Virus record (IMG/VR): IMGVR_UViG_3300045988_174992
Source: a virus
Strand: one strand, 5' to 3'
Length of the DNA stretch: 64,000 nucleotides
Notes under the pieces: generated by a model
What the model was told of the DNA's origin: nothing
Databases searched by the model: none
The model's input: the letters and a program-made list of their open reading frames with translations, nothing else
Shown: positions 45,255 to 53,466 of the stretch, piece by piece
Numbering within the stretch: position 1 is the first letter of the stretch
Layout of the letters: the number at the start of each line of letters is the position of its first letter
Program-made: the position numbers and the translations under genes

Positions 45255-45521
45255 TTAATCATTAATAAATCTCTTTCTTGCAGCTTCCTTAAACCATTTC
45301 TTATGTCCATATTCATCAACATAAGTAGTGTACCAAATCCAAGGATCTTTCTGCATTCTTCGTTTTGCTAAAGTCTGTTCAGTACAGTAGAAAGTTTTAT
45401 TTGTACCAGCATCATAATGTCTGAAATGGTCATCAATAATTGAAACAACTACAGCAATGAATGTGAAAACGATCCAAACAATCAAAATAATAGCTATAAC
45501 ATTTACAATATTCATAATCAT
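45255..45521 (-). CDS. Small single-pass membrane protein (holin-like topology), MIMN start
   Basis: Start moved to the ATGATTATGAAT cassette at 45521, because the longer ORF would overlap promoter motif 45541-45568. The TM segment is IVNVIAIILIVWIVFTFIAVVVSII, followed by a charged tail. Confidence 0.5.
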   Translation of the reverse strand: MIMNIVNVIAIILIVWIVFTFIAVVVSIIDDHFRHYDAGTNKTFYCTEQTLAKRRMQKDPWIWYTTYVDEYGHKKWFKEAARKRFIND

Positions 45522-45540
45522 TAATATTTTAACAATCAAA

Positions 45541-45568
45541 ATATAGAACAACCTTTATAAATTTCAAA
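45541..45568 (-). promoter_or_regulatory. Early-type promoter motif
   Basis: Exact match, 19 nt upstream of ATG 45521. Confidence 0.55.
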
Positions 45569-45584
45569 GAAATTTTATAATATT

Positions 45585-45989
45585 TCATAAAACCAATGTC
45601 TCTATTCTCTTATCTTGACCTTTCTTTAATTCCATGGACCAGATGGATTTCTCAATCATAGGAATCCCATACTTCCCCATTATCTGTTTTCTGAATATCC
45701 CATCAAGTTCAATTGATGTGTATCTATCAAAGTAGATTCTGTTTCCTTTTGTTAGATCTCTCTGATTATAAGGAACTACTTTATCAATGAACTTCTTTAC
45801 AGGCAAATTAACGTTGAAATGTGCAACATGATTATATTCAACACACTTAGTGATGTAGTTATCTTCTTCATAAGTGTCATTCTCATCACCATCATATTCA
45901 TCACCATCAGTCTCACTAGTTATCCTTTCATAAGTTGACCATTTGATTGTGACGTATGTATACTTATCTATATCTGTTAATTTATCCAT
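45585..45989 (-). CDS. Hypothetical protein (134 aa)
   Basis: Clean ORF. Early-type motif at 46020-46047. Confidence 0.45.
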   Translation of the reverse strand: MDKLTDIDKYTYVTIKWSTYERITSETDGDEYDGDENDTYEEDNYITKCVEYNHVAHFNVNLPVKKFIDKVVPYNQRDLTKGNRIYFDRYTSIELDGIFRKQIMGKYGIPMIEKSIWSMELKKGQDKRIETLVL

Positions 45990-46019
45990 AATGATTCATT
46001 ATATTTTAATTTTATTAAG

Positions 46020-46047
46020 ATATAGAACTATCTTGATAATTTTCAAA
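46020..46047 (-). promoter_or_regulatory. Early-type promoter motif
   Basis: TTTGAAAA-N12-TTCTATAT (1 mismatch), upstream of 45585..45989. Confidence 0.5.
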
Positions 46048-46771
46048 AGGAAATCAAATTATATTGCAATCCTATTCCAATTCCATAAACAAATCCTTTA
46101 TTGCTATATCCTCCAAATACAGATGGACCTATTCCAAATTTCTTTTCTTTCTTTTGCTTAGGTATTGTTAGACCTGTTATTGAATTGAACTTTACATAAG
46201 GGTTGTCTGAAGTCATATATACAACATTATCTTTGACAACTAATGCATACTTGAACTGCATTATGTCTTTCTCTATATATAATCCTAAAGTATCATTAGT
46301 ATAACTTACATTACCTGTAAGATCTCTGTACTGGTTAGAAAAATCAAACTTTCTATATATATTCTTAGAAGTTATTTCAGTAACAGTGGGTACCCATACT
46401 GTATCATGCTTACCATTGTCTATTGAAGTTGATCCACCAATTACTATATCTGGTTTCTTTACTTGCATACTTTGTATCATTCTATATAGAGAATCATTGA
46501 TGATCTGCAAGTTCTTGTAATCAGTTTCTATCATTGTCTTCTTTGCTACTTCATTACCATACTTACCTTTATAATACTTTACAGAATCAGTAAGTGCTAT
46601 AATATTCTTATCATTTATATTTTTGTAATAAGTGCATTTATTGATTGACAAGGTTATAAATACGAAAAATGCAACCACTGAGAAAACTTCTATCAATATT
46701 CTCTTGTGATTGCGTACGAAAGTTAGGACCATTTGTCCCAACTTTTTACTCCATAAGCTTATTGCATTCAT
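46043..46771 (-). CDS. N-terminally membrane-anchored protein (242 aa; alternative start at 46732)
   Basis: TM segment ILIEVFSVVAFFVFITLSI followed by a beta-rich domain. Overlaps the upstream gene by 26 nt if the first ATG is used. Confidence 0.45.
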   Translation of the reverse strand: MNAISLWSKKLGQMVLTFVRNHKRILIEVFSVVAFFVFITLSINKCTYYKNINDKNIIALTDSVKYYKGKYGNEVAKKTMIETDYKNLQIINDSLYRMIQSMQVKKPDIVIGGSTSIDNGKHDTVWVPTVTEITSKNIYRKFDFSNQYRDLTGNVSYTNDTLGLYIEKDIMQFKYALVVKDNVVYMTSDNPYVKFNSITGLTIPKQKKEKKFGIGPSVFGGYSNKGFVYGIGIGLQYNLISF

Positions 46772-47363
46772 TTTGCAATTTGAATATTTTTGTTTTTTTC
46801 TTTATACACTCATAAGTTCTTTTCAATTCTCTTTCATAATTCTTATTAGATGAGTAACGATGACCATTCAAGTTAACGAAATTATTCATCAAGTGGTGAA
46901 CTGTTTTCTTCTTTCCTAGGTATTTTGTTTTCAATAAATCAATATAAGCGGTAGTAGAATGATTTCGATGCTTATAAGTCTTATATACACCATACATGCT
47001 TTTTCTTGATTTACCAATACCTGTTGTTCCAAAACAAGTTTCGTTCTGTGCTTGTGCTAATGCAAAGCAAATGTCAATGTCATTGTCAAGGCACTCCTTT
47101 ACAATGTGGCTACTAATGTCTTTGTCAAATTTTCTTGTAGTATTCTTTCTAATGTACTCTTCAACTTCACTTATCAATACAACTTTACAATTTTCAAGGG
47201 CAATTTTCTTGTTCATGAAAACAGCTTGCGCTGAATCCACTTTTTCGACATGCTCAATTTTGGTACCAGTCACATGCTTTGCCATTGCATGCTCTTCAGC
47301 ACCAAAAGGAGTAGAAACCACTAAAAACAATGACATTAATGTTAAAAGGATTTTCTTTTTCAT
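46746..47363 (-). CDS. Secreted glucosaminidase/muramidase-like cell-wall hydrolase
   Basis: 205 aa. Signal-peptide-like MKKKILLTLMSLFLVVSTPFGA. FALAQAQNETCFGTTGIGKSRKSMYGV...AYIDLLKTKY resembles the FlgJ-type glucosaminidase pattern (AqaalESgwG...NlFgi...dy..ll). Confidence 0.45.
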   Translation of the reverse strand: MKKKILLTLMSLFLVVSTPFGAEEHAMAKHVTGTKIEHVEKVDSAQAVFMNKKIALENCKVVLISEVEEYIRKNTTRKFDKDISSHIVKECLDNDIDICFALAQAQNETCFGTTGIGKSRKSMYGVYKTYKHRNHSTTAYIDLLKTKYLGKKKTVHHLMNNFVNLNGHRYSSNKNYERELKRTYECIKKKTKIFKLQNECNKLME

Positions 47364-47429
47364 TAATGTTATACGTATTTTAGATATATTTCCGAATACC
47401 GAAAATTGGTATTCATATTAAAAATAGAA

Positions 47430-47462
47430 AGCACCATGAAATATTTCATTCATAGTGCTTTA
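47430..47462 (-). terminator. Intrinsic terminator after 47484..47795
   Basis: AAAGCAC...GTGCTTT outer stem with ATGAAAT / ATTTCAT inner stem, then CTATTTTT on the minus strand. Confidence 0.6.
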
Positions 47463-47483
47463 TGTATTTTCATTAATTAATAC

Positions 47484-47795
47484 TTACTTATCAAGACTGA
47501 TTCCATCATACATAAATCTATGGCATGGACCCATTTCCTTTTCATAATAAAGGTAATTTTTAAACGCCTTAGTAAAGCATGAAAAGAAATATCTTGTTTC
47601 ATTAAAAAGTTCTGGTCTAGCAAGAAGATAGTGAAGATTTCTTCCATTTACTCCAGCAAGTCTTTCACAAAGTTCCATAACACTATTAGCTCTTACAGAA
47701 ACTTTAACAATCTCTTTTCTGTTAGTAATTTTGTTAAAAACGTGAATGTTAACTTTGATGATATTGTTTGTATTTGTATTCATAATCATAATCAT
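47484..47795 (-). CDS. Hypothetical protein (103 aa; MIMIMN start, possibly from 47789)
   Basis: Shares its promoter, leader and ATGATTATGAAT start with 47865..48260. A hairpin terminator lies downstream. Confidence 0.5.
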   Translation of the reverse strand: MIMIMNTNTNNIIKVNIHVFNKITNRKEIVKVSVRANSVMELCERLAGVNGRNLHYLLARPELFNETRYFFSCFTKAFKNYLYYEKEMGPCHRFMYDGISLDK

Positions 47796-47827
47796 TTTAA
47801 ATTATTAATATTTTATTGACATGTATA

Positions 47828-47855
47828 ATATAGAAACAATCTAAAAAATTTCAAA
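47828..47855 (-). promoter_or_regulatory. Early-type promoter motif
   Basis: Exact match, upstream of 47484..47795. Confidence 0.55.
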
Positions 47856-47864
47856 TAAAATTGA

Positions 47865-48260
47865 TTAAAGTGAACAAAATAAATCAATATTAAATGATTC
47901 AACTTTCTTAGATCTTGTAAAGAGAACTTCAAACATTGTATATTCTGTAGGGCGATCTTCAAACATAATGTAATCTGCAACATATACATAGTTCTTCTTT
48001 CCTTTTGGCATGATTTCTACCTTTTCTACTTTGTTATCAATAAATGGATGAAGAACCTTAACGCGAACTGAAGCACCAGTAGGAATATGTTTAAATACAG
48101 CAACTTCATTTTGATAAGTATCAAGCTTAAACTCATTTACTTTGATTGAAGTTGTATAAAATGTATTGTCAATATCAAAGTGTTTCTTGATATAAGACTT
48201 ACCATTAGAAACTGCTTTAACCAACTCGCTGAAAGAAATATTTGTTGTATTCATAATCAT
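47865..48260 (-). CDS. Hypothetical protein (131 aa), MIMN start
   Basis: Its upstream region is near-identical over about 50 nt to that of 47484..47795. Confidence 0.5.
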   Translation of the reverse strand: MIMNTTNISFSELVKAVSNGKSYIKKHFDIDNTFYTTSIKVNEFKLDTYQNEVAVFKHIPTGASVRVKVLHPFIDNKVEKVEIMPKGKKNYVYVADYIMFEDRPTEYTMFEVLFTRSKKVESFNIDLFCSL

Positions 48261-48298
48261 AATAATTTTAAATGTTATTTATTTATTTGACATGTATA

Positions 48299-48326
48299 AT
48301 ATAGAAACAAACTAAAAAATTTCAAA
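48299..48326 (-). promoter_or_regulatory. Early-type promoter motif
   Basis: Exact match, 38 nt upstream of ATG 48260. Confidence 0.55.
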
Positions 48327-48336
48327 TAAAATGTGA

Positions 48337-48352
48337 ATTTTTAATAATAAAG
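48337..48352 (+). promoter_or_regulatory. Late-type motif
   Basis: ATTTTTAATAATAAAG, 15 nt before ATG 48368. Confidence 0.4.
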
Positions 48353-48367
48353 TTACTATTTTATATT

Positions 48368-48820
48368 ATGGTTAGATCAGATAACTTCATAAAAAATGTA
48401 AAACCAAGAAAGAACAGTTACTACCATCAAACAATAGTAGATCCCAAGAAATTCAAAAAATGCAAAGAAAAAGAACCAGTAATTGCAAGATCTGGATTGG
48501 AAATGAAATTTATTCAGTATGTAGAAAATCAATCTAGCATTACTGGATGGGTATCTGAATCTTTAGCTATACCATATTATAGCAGATTGAAGAAAGGTAT
48601 GGCAAACTATTATCCGGATTTTATTATAGAGAATGCTGATGGACACCAGACAATAGTAGAAGTAAAACCTTATGCTCAAACTAAGAAACCAAGACCACAA
48701 GATTCTGTTTGGTTGAAAGAACAATGGATAAAGAATTGTGACAAATGGAAAGCTTGCATGAACTTTGCTAAAGAACATAACATGAAATTTATATTGGTAA
48801 CAGAACGTTTCTTCCAGTAA
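48368..48820 (+). CDS. PD-(D/E)xK nuclease-fold protein (possibly T4 gp4-type head-completion nuclease)
   Basis: 150 aa. YYPDFIIENADGHQTIVEVKP gives the D...E-x-K core. The comparison with T4 gp4 rests on size and motif, recalled from memory only. Confidence 0.45.
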   Translation: MVRSDNFIKNVKPRKNSYYHQTIVDPKKFKKCKEKEPVIARSGLEMKFIQYVENQSSITGWVSESLAIPYYSRLKKGMANYYPDFIIENADGHQTIVEVKPYAQTKKPRPQDSVWLKEQWIKNCDKWKACMNFAKEHNMKFILVTERFFQ

Positions 48821-48838
48821 ATTTATTTTATAATTTAA

Positions 48839-49477
48839 ATGCCTACTCAGAATCAACGATTACAACAAATAGATACTTACATTTACCAACCAGAAGAAAT
48901 TAAGAATTTTAGGTTGGATGAAGCTGTAAATGAACACCCATTAAAACGAAGACCTATCAATTTACGTTCTCGTCTTGCTTATAGAGAAATTCTCATAAAT
49001 ACTAAAGCCACTACTAAATACATTCTTCCTGGTCAAATAGTAGTATTCAATTATGCCACACCTAAAACAGCAGAAGATTTGGAGTATTATGACAAAACTC
49101 CTATGACTGTATTTTTTGGTTTGACAAGAGACAAAAAGAACAATATTCGTGAGATTGGTGTAAATATTCATTACTTTCCACCATTTGCAAGAACTCGTGT
49201 TATGAATACTATTTATGAAATATTCAAACAGTATTACCAATTGCAGTTCAATGATCCAGTACATAAAGTTAACAGATACATCAATTGGCCGGTACTTAAG
49301 AGATTATGTAAGAAGTATAAGATAGGATTCGCTGTGAGGATGTATATACCTATGTTGAGAAGTCAAACACATATCATACCAACTAGATTATTACCAACAG
49401 CTATATATACAGAAGGTCATTTTGCAAAAGATGTATTGACAAACATAATGACTTATTGGAGACATTTTAAACCATAA
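48839..49477 (+). CDS. Hypothetical protein (212 aa)
   Basis: Clean ORF. No motif recognised. Confidence 0.45.
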   Translation: MPTQNQRLQQIDTYIYQPEEIKNFRLDEAVNEHPLKRRPINLRSRLAYREILINTKATTKYILPGQIVVFNYATPKTAEDLEYYDKTPMTVFFGLTRDKKNNIREIGVNIHYFPPFARTRVMNTIYEIFKQYYQLQFNDPVHKVNRYINWPVLKRLCKKYKIGFAVRMYIPMLRSQTHIIPTRLLPTAIYTEGHFAKDVLTNIMTYWRHFKP

Positions 49478-49495
49478 AATTAACAATATTCAAAA

Positions 49496-50983
49496 ATGAA
49501 AAAGAATTGTATCATTATACCTATATATAAAGAAAGTCCTGGTTTATTGGATAAGCTAAGTCTTGAATCATTGTCAAAAAACTTGAAAGATTTTTCTGAT
49601 TATGAAGTTTATTTCATATATCCAGAAAATTTAGGTACAGCACAATGGAAGAGATATGTAGATCATGATGTAATATTACGACCATTTCCTTATGATTATT
49701 TCTTATCAACTTTATCTTATTCTAATCTTCTTGAAAGTTATGAATTTTGGCATACTTTCAAAGAACACGAATATGCATTGATATATCAAACAGATGGATA
49801 TTGTATTGGAGGAAGTCTTAAAGAATATATTGATATGAATTATGACTATATTGGTGCACCTATCATAGCACAGGATGCAAGATGGTTCAATGTTCCTACT
49901 GTTGGTAATGGTGGAGTTAGCTTGAGAAAGATAGATACTATGATAGAGGTAACTGATCCAACTGGGGAATTCATTAGAGAGAATAAAGAAGATATTGATA
50001 AGCATAATAGAATGAACAGCAATATGTATTCTATATATGAAGATTTGTACTTTGCCCAGTTGGTACCAATGCTTTGGGATTTCAGAAAACCAAATTTTGA
50101 TGTTGCTGCTTCATTTGCTTATGATATGAATGCAGATATTGTCTATGAAATGACAAAGCATAAGTTACCACTATTTATTCATGCTTTTGATAAGAATATA
50201 AGATTTTGGCAAAATATTCTTGATGACTTTAAAGATATAGATGTCATATCAGAATGTGAAATAAAGAATGAGAATGAATATCTATCAGAAAGAATAGGAT
50301 ATCAAGCAAATTTAGCTCATATAGATAAGATAAAGATAGCTGCTATAATGATAGTTAAGAATGAAAACTATCATTTGAATGAACAAATTTCTAAGATAAT
50401 ATCTTCTGGTGTTTCTAAAGTTTTTGTTATTGACAACAATGACATATCTGGAGAGAATCCTAAAGATATTCTTGATTTTTCTAATGTAGAATTGATTTCA
50501 AAATACAGAGGAGAACATGAAATATTGTCTGAAGCATATAGTGATGTTTACAATAACTATCTGAATGACTTTACCCATTGTATATTCATAGATGGTGATG
50601 AAGAAATTCATTCTGATTCTTTAAGGAAAACCATATATGATAATATTGATTCTAAAATATTGAAGATAAAGAGCATAATAGTATATAATGATGGTAATAG
50701 ATCTTCTTATCAGAATAATGCTTTCAAAACAGTAATGAAGTGTGGATTACCTATCAGAAACTTTACTAGAGAAGCTCCTTTATATTATATAGATTCTAAA
50801 GAAATTCCAGAAGAAGTATGTTGTTTACATAATTATGTTGGTTGCAATTCATTAGAAGAATATATGCAAAATAAACTTTATCGTGGATATCCAGATAAAG
50901 AAACGACAATTGGAAAACAACTTACCAGCATGGACTTATATTATAAAGTAAATCCACCAAAAAATAGTAGAATATATTTTTAA
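49496..50983 (+). CDS. Two-domain putative glycosyltransferase (DUF5672-like N-domain plus GT2-like C-domain)
   Basis: 495 aa. YDYIGAPI...VGNGGVSLRK matches the DUF5672 signature (yDYIGAPw..GNGGfSLR). The second half (IAAIMIVKNENYHL..., VFVIDNND, FIDGDEE) looks like GT-A/GT2. Confidence 0.5.
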   Translation: MKKNCIIIPIYKESPGLLDKLSLESLSKNLKDFSDYEVYFIYPENLGTAQWKRYVDHDVILRPFPYDYFLSTLSYSNLLESYEFWHTFKEHEYALIYQTDGYCIGGSLKEYIDMNYDYIGAPIIAQDARWFNVPTVGNGGVSLRKIDTMIEVTDPTGEFIRENKEDIDKHNRMNSNMYSIYEDLYFAQLVPMLWDFRKPNFDVAASFAYDMNADIVYEMTKHKLPLFIHAFDKNIRFWQNILDDFKDIDVISECEIKNENEYLSERIGYQANLAHIDKIKIAAIMIVKNENYHLNEQISKIISSGVSKVFVIDNNDISGENPKDILDFSNVELISKYRGEHEILSEAYSDVYNNYLNDFTHCIFIDGDEEIHSDSLRKTIYDNIDSKILKIKSIIVYNDGNRSSYQNNAFKTVMKCGLPIRNFTREAPLYYIDSKEIPEEVCCLHNYVGCNSLEEYMQNKLYRGYPDKETTIGKQLTSMDLYYKVNPPKNSRIYF

Positions 50984-50991
50984 ATATAAAA
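50976..50991 (+). promoter_or_regulatory. Late-type motif (variant)
   Basis: ATTTTTAAATATAAAA, overlapping the stop of the previous gene and 19 nt before ATG 51011. Confidence 0.3.
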
Positions 50992-51010
50992 TTTCAACGA
51001 AATTCAACAA

Positions 51011-52135
51011 ATGAAGACATTGTCAATGATAAAGGAGTCATTTGATAACCAACCATTAGGAAATAAAGTTGGTGTAACTAATCATTTGACTCCTGTAGAT
51101 AATATAGTAATAAATGTAAGAAATTTCTTTTCATCTCAACTTTCTATGGTTGTCACAAAGGCAGAAGATAATTTCTCTTTGAAATGTACATCATCATTAT
51201 GGCATTCAGAAGAAGATGTTAGAAATGCTATATATACAAATGTTTGGAATGACAGAACTTCTCTTTTTAGTTATGTATCAATGCAAGGTTTGTCATGTAT
51301 AAAGATTGTTCCTGTTGGAGAAGAATATTTCTTGTATTTTTGTCCTTCAGATATTAAACAATCTTATGGATATAATAGTCCATGTGATAATGGATCATGT
51401 GAATCATTACCAAAGATTGCTTGTCATGAACAAAAACAATTGCATCTTGGTGATATAGAATATAATCAGTTTGGTGAGATAAAAGAAGATGCATGGCAAC
51501 CTGATCAAGAAATTGAAGATATAACTAAGAAGGATATAAGACAATTGTTGGGTGGCAATGATAAAGTAAAAGCTGCAAAGGCATTTGCTGAAATTCTTAA
51601 ACAGAATATGAGAATGCCGGATAATTATTATATAACCGCAGTTCGAGATGAAGATGGAAATGAATCAGTTGCTTTGCGTTACAAACATGATGTAAGAAAA
51701 CCGTTTGGTAAGACAGCTACAGTTACAAAAACTCTTGTAAATATCTATGGTCTAGGTGATAATGGTATCTGGGTAAATGATGCTGATAATCCAAATGGAA
51801 TGGATCAAGAACTGAAAGGAGTTATTGATGATATGCTTGGATTCATTGGCGTAAGAAGAACTGGTGATGCTTGTTGTTTTACTATAGCTGAAGATCCAAG
51901 TACTACAGATGATTTGAAATCTGATCCTAATAATTCAGATAATAAAGATGAGAATAATGATAACAATGAAGAAAATAACAAAGACCAAGATACTGAACAA
52001 AAGAATAAAGATGATAATGGACAAGGTATCAATACACCTCAAAGAACTGACAAACCATCACAAGTAGCTGATAATCAAGCAGATAATTCCATATCTAATT
52101 CAGGAATTATGAGAACAGATGGTTCCAGTATGTAA
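51011..52135 (+). CDS. Hypothetical protein with D/N/K-rich disordered C-terminus (374 aa)
   Basis: Clean ORF. The tail is NNSDNKDENNDNNEENNKDQDTEQKNKDDNGQG. A palindromic bidirectional terminator follows. Confidence 0.45.
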   Translation: MKTLSMIKESFDNQPLGNKVGVTNHLTPVDNIVINVRNFFSSQLSMVVTKAEDNFSLKCTSSLWHSEEDVRNAIYTNVWNDRTSLFSYVSMQGLSCIKIVPVGEEYFLYFCPSDIKQSYGYNSPCDNGSCESLPKIACHEQKQLHLGDIEYNQFGEIKEDAWQPDQEIEDITKKDIRQLLGGNDKVKAAKAFAEILKQNMRMPDNYYITAVRDEDGNESVALRYKHDVRKPFGKTATVTKTLVNIYGLGDNGIWVNDADNPNGMDQELKGVIDDMLGFIGVRRTGDACCFTIAEDPSTTDDLKSDPNNSDNKDENNDNNEENNKDQDTEQKNKDDNGQGINTPQRTDKPSQVADNQADNSISNSGIMRTDGSSM

Positions 52136-52140
52136 ATACA

Positions 52141-52174
52141 AAAATGGTGAAATTCTTAAGAATTTCACCATTTT
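52141..52174. terminator. Perfect 34-nt palindrome acting as a bidirectional terminator
   Basis: AAAATGGTGAAATTCTT / AAGAATTTCACCATTTT lies between the convergent genes 51011..52135 and 52190..53278. Confidence 0.8.
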
Positions 52175-52189
52175 CTATTTAAACAAATT

Positions 52190-53278
52190 CTAAGCAAGTT
52201 CAAATACCGGGCGTGTATTGCAAATAACTACTCGACCTTTTCGTGTAGTCTTAAATGCATCTTTACCATCCTGAACTTCAAACTCCTTAATCTTAACATT
52301 AATAGGATCACCTGGATGATAATCAAGAAGCTTATTAGGATCTATTGGCATCAAACCTGTAATATTCAAACCATCAAGTTCAATGAATACACCTTGCTTC
52401 TTAGCTGAATTGATGATACCTGTAACATGACCATCTAAAACAGGACGTTCATAAGTAACATTATCATTCTTCTTTGCAAGACGTTCCTTCAACCACAAGT
52501 CATACAAATTCTGATAACCATCAAGCTGAAGCAATCGCTTGCGTGAACCAACAATAGACTTCTCAATACATCCAGTAGCATAATCATGCTTGAAGTCAAC
52601 TACCTTCTGTGGAATAATATCAATATCTTGATTTACCCACTTATCAAAGTCCTTTTCAATATTCAATACAATCTGTGAACCAGGAATGAATACTGAATTA
52701 ACATACTCCTTACCAGTAAGTTCAACCAATGGATCAATATTGACATGAGCGATAAATCCACCTTTTACTACTTCATCAATATGAACTGAAATAGGTGTTT
52801 CCTTCTGAATATCATTCTCAATCTGATGCATCCAATAACGGAAATAACCATTAGAAACAGATACAATGTAAGTATTGTCTTTCTTCTCACGTACTTCAAA
52901 CATCAACTGGTTATTATGAGTCATGAGATAGTTACGAATTGCATCAATGCAAGAATTGAAATTCTCCTTACAAATAAGCTCTTCCTTAACACCAGGAATA
53001 GTGAATGTCAAAACATTCTTGTCAAACTCTTTAACTTCACCAAGATAAAGCTGACCAACTTCAATGTTGGTAACTGTATTCATTGCCTTGTCCTTCTTTG
53101 TATCTTCAGACAATTCAATACCATAAGTCTTTGCAAACGCTTTAGCAATAGACATTGTTGCAAATGCTCGTGAATTGAACTTAATTCGATCCTTGTCGTT
53201 TGTAAACATTGAATTCAAAATGTCATTCTCATCTACTCTAGCACCAATGAGATTTTTTGTTTTTGTTTCTTTACTCAT
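52190..53278 (-). CDS. S1/OB-fold repeat RNA-binding protein (ribosomal protein S1-like)
   Basis: 362 aa with three S1-like modules: VGQLYLGEVKEFDKNVLTFTIPGVKEELICKE; ISVHIDEVVKGGFIAHVNIDP...FIPGSQI; LDGHVTGIINSAKKQGVFIELDGLNITGLMPID...GDPINVKIKEFE. Codons are G/C-richer than in neighbouring genes. Confidence 0.5.
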   Translation of the reverse strand: MSKETKTKNLIGARVDENDILNSMFTNDKDRIKFNSRAFATMSIAKAFAKTYGIELSEDTKKDKAMNTVTNIEVGQLYLGEVKEFDKNVLTFTIPGVKEELICKENFNSCIDAIRNYLMTHNNQLMFEVREKKDNTYIVSVSNGYFRYWMHQIENDIQKETPISVHIDEVVKGGFIAHVNIDPLVELTGKEYVNSVFIPGSQIVLNIEKDFDKWVNQDIDIIPQKVVDFKHDYATGCIEKSIVGSRKRLLQLDGYQNLYDLWLKERLAKKNDNVTYERPVLDGHVTGIINSAKKQGVFIELDGLNITGLMPIDPNKLLDYHPGDPINVKIKEFEVQDGKDAFKTTRKGRVVICNTRPVFELA

Positions 53279-53466
53279 TAAAAAGATTTAAAATTTAAAG
53301 GGTTAATAAATAATTTAAGTACAGCATTAACTTTAGTTCTTGAATAGAACTGAAAGTGATATTCATTAATTACTTGTACATATTTAATATAGTATTTGAT
53401 TATATGAAAGTTCAGTAATATTATGTTAATGATTGTTAAATCAACTAAGACAAATTAAGAGACAAG

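Noticed and set aside
47815-47831. Plus-strand TTGACA followed by TATAAT (also at 48286-48301), which looks like a sigma-70 promoter
   Set aside because: The two hexamers are separated by only 2 nt instead of about 17. They are simply the reverse-strand context downstream of the minus-strand TTCTATAT element.
53279-53466. The longest intergenic gaps (53279-53466, 10903-11018, 12300-12470, 20038-20224) checked for tRNA, tmRNA or CRISPR
   Set aside because: There are no cloverleaf-compatible stems, no GTTCRANNC T-loop, and no regularly spaced direct repeats. The gaps are explained by promoter motifs, terminators or the E elements.
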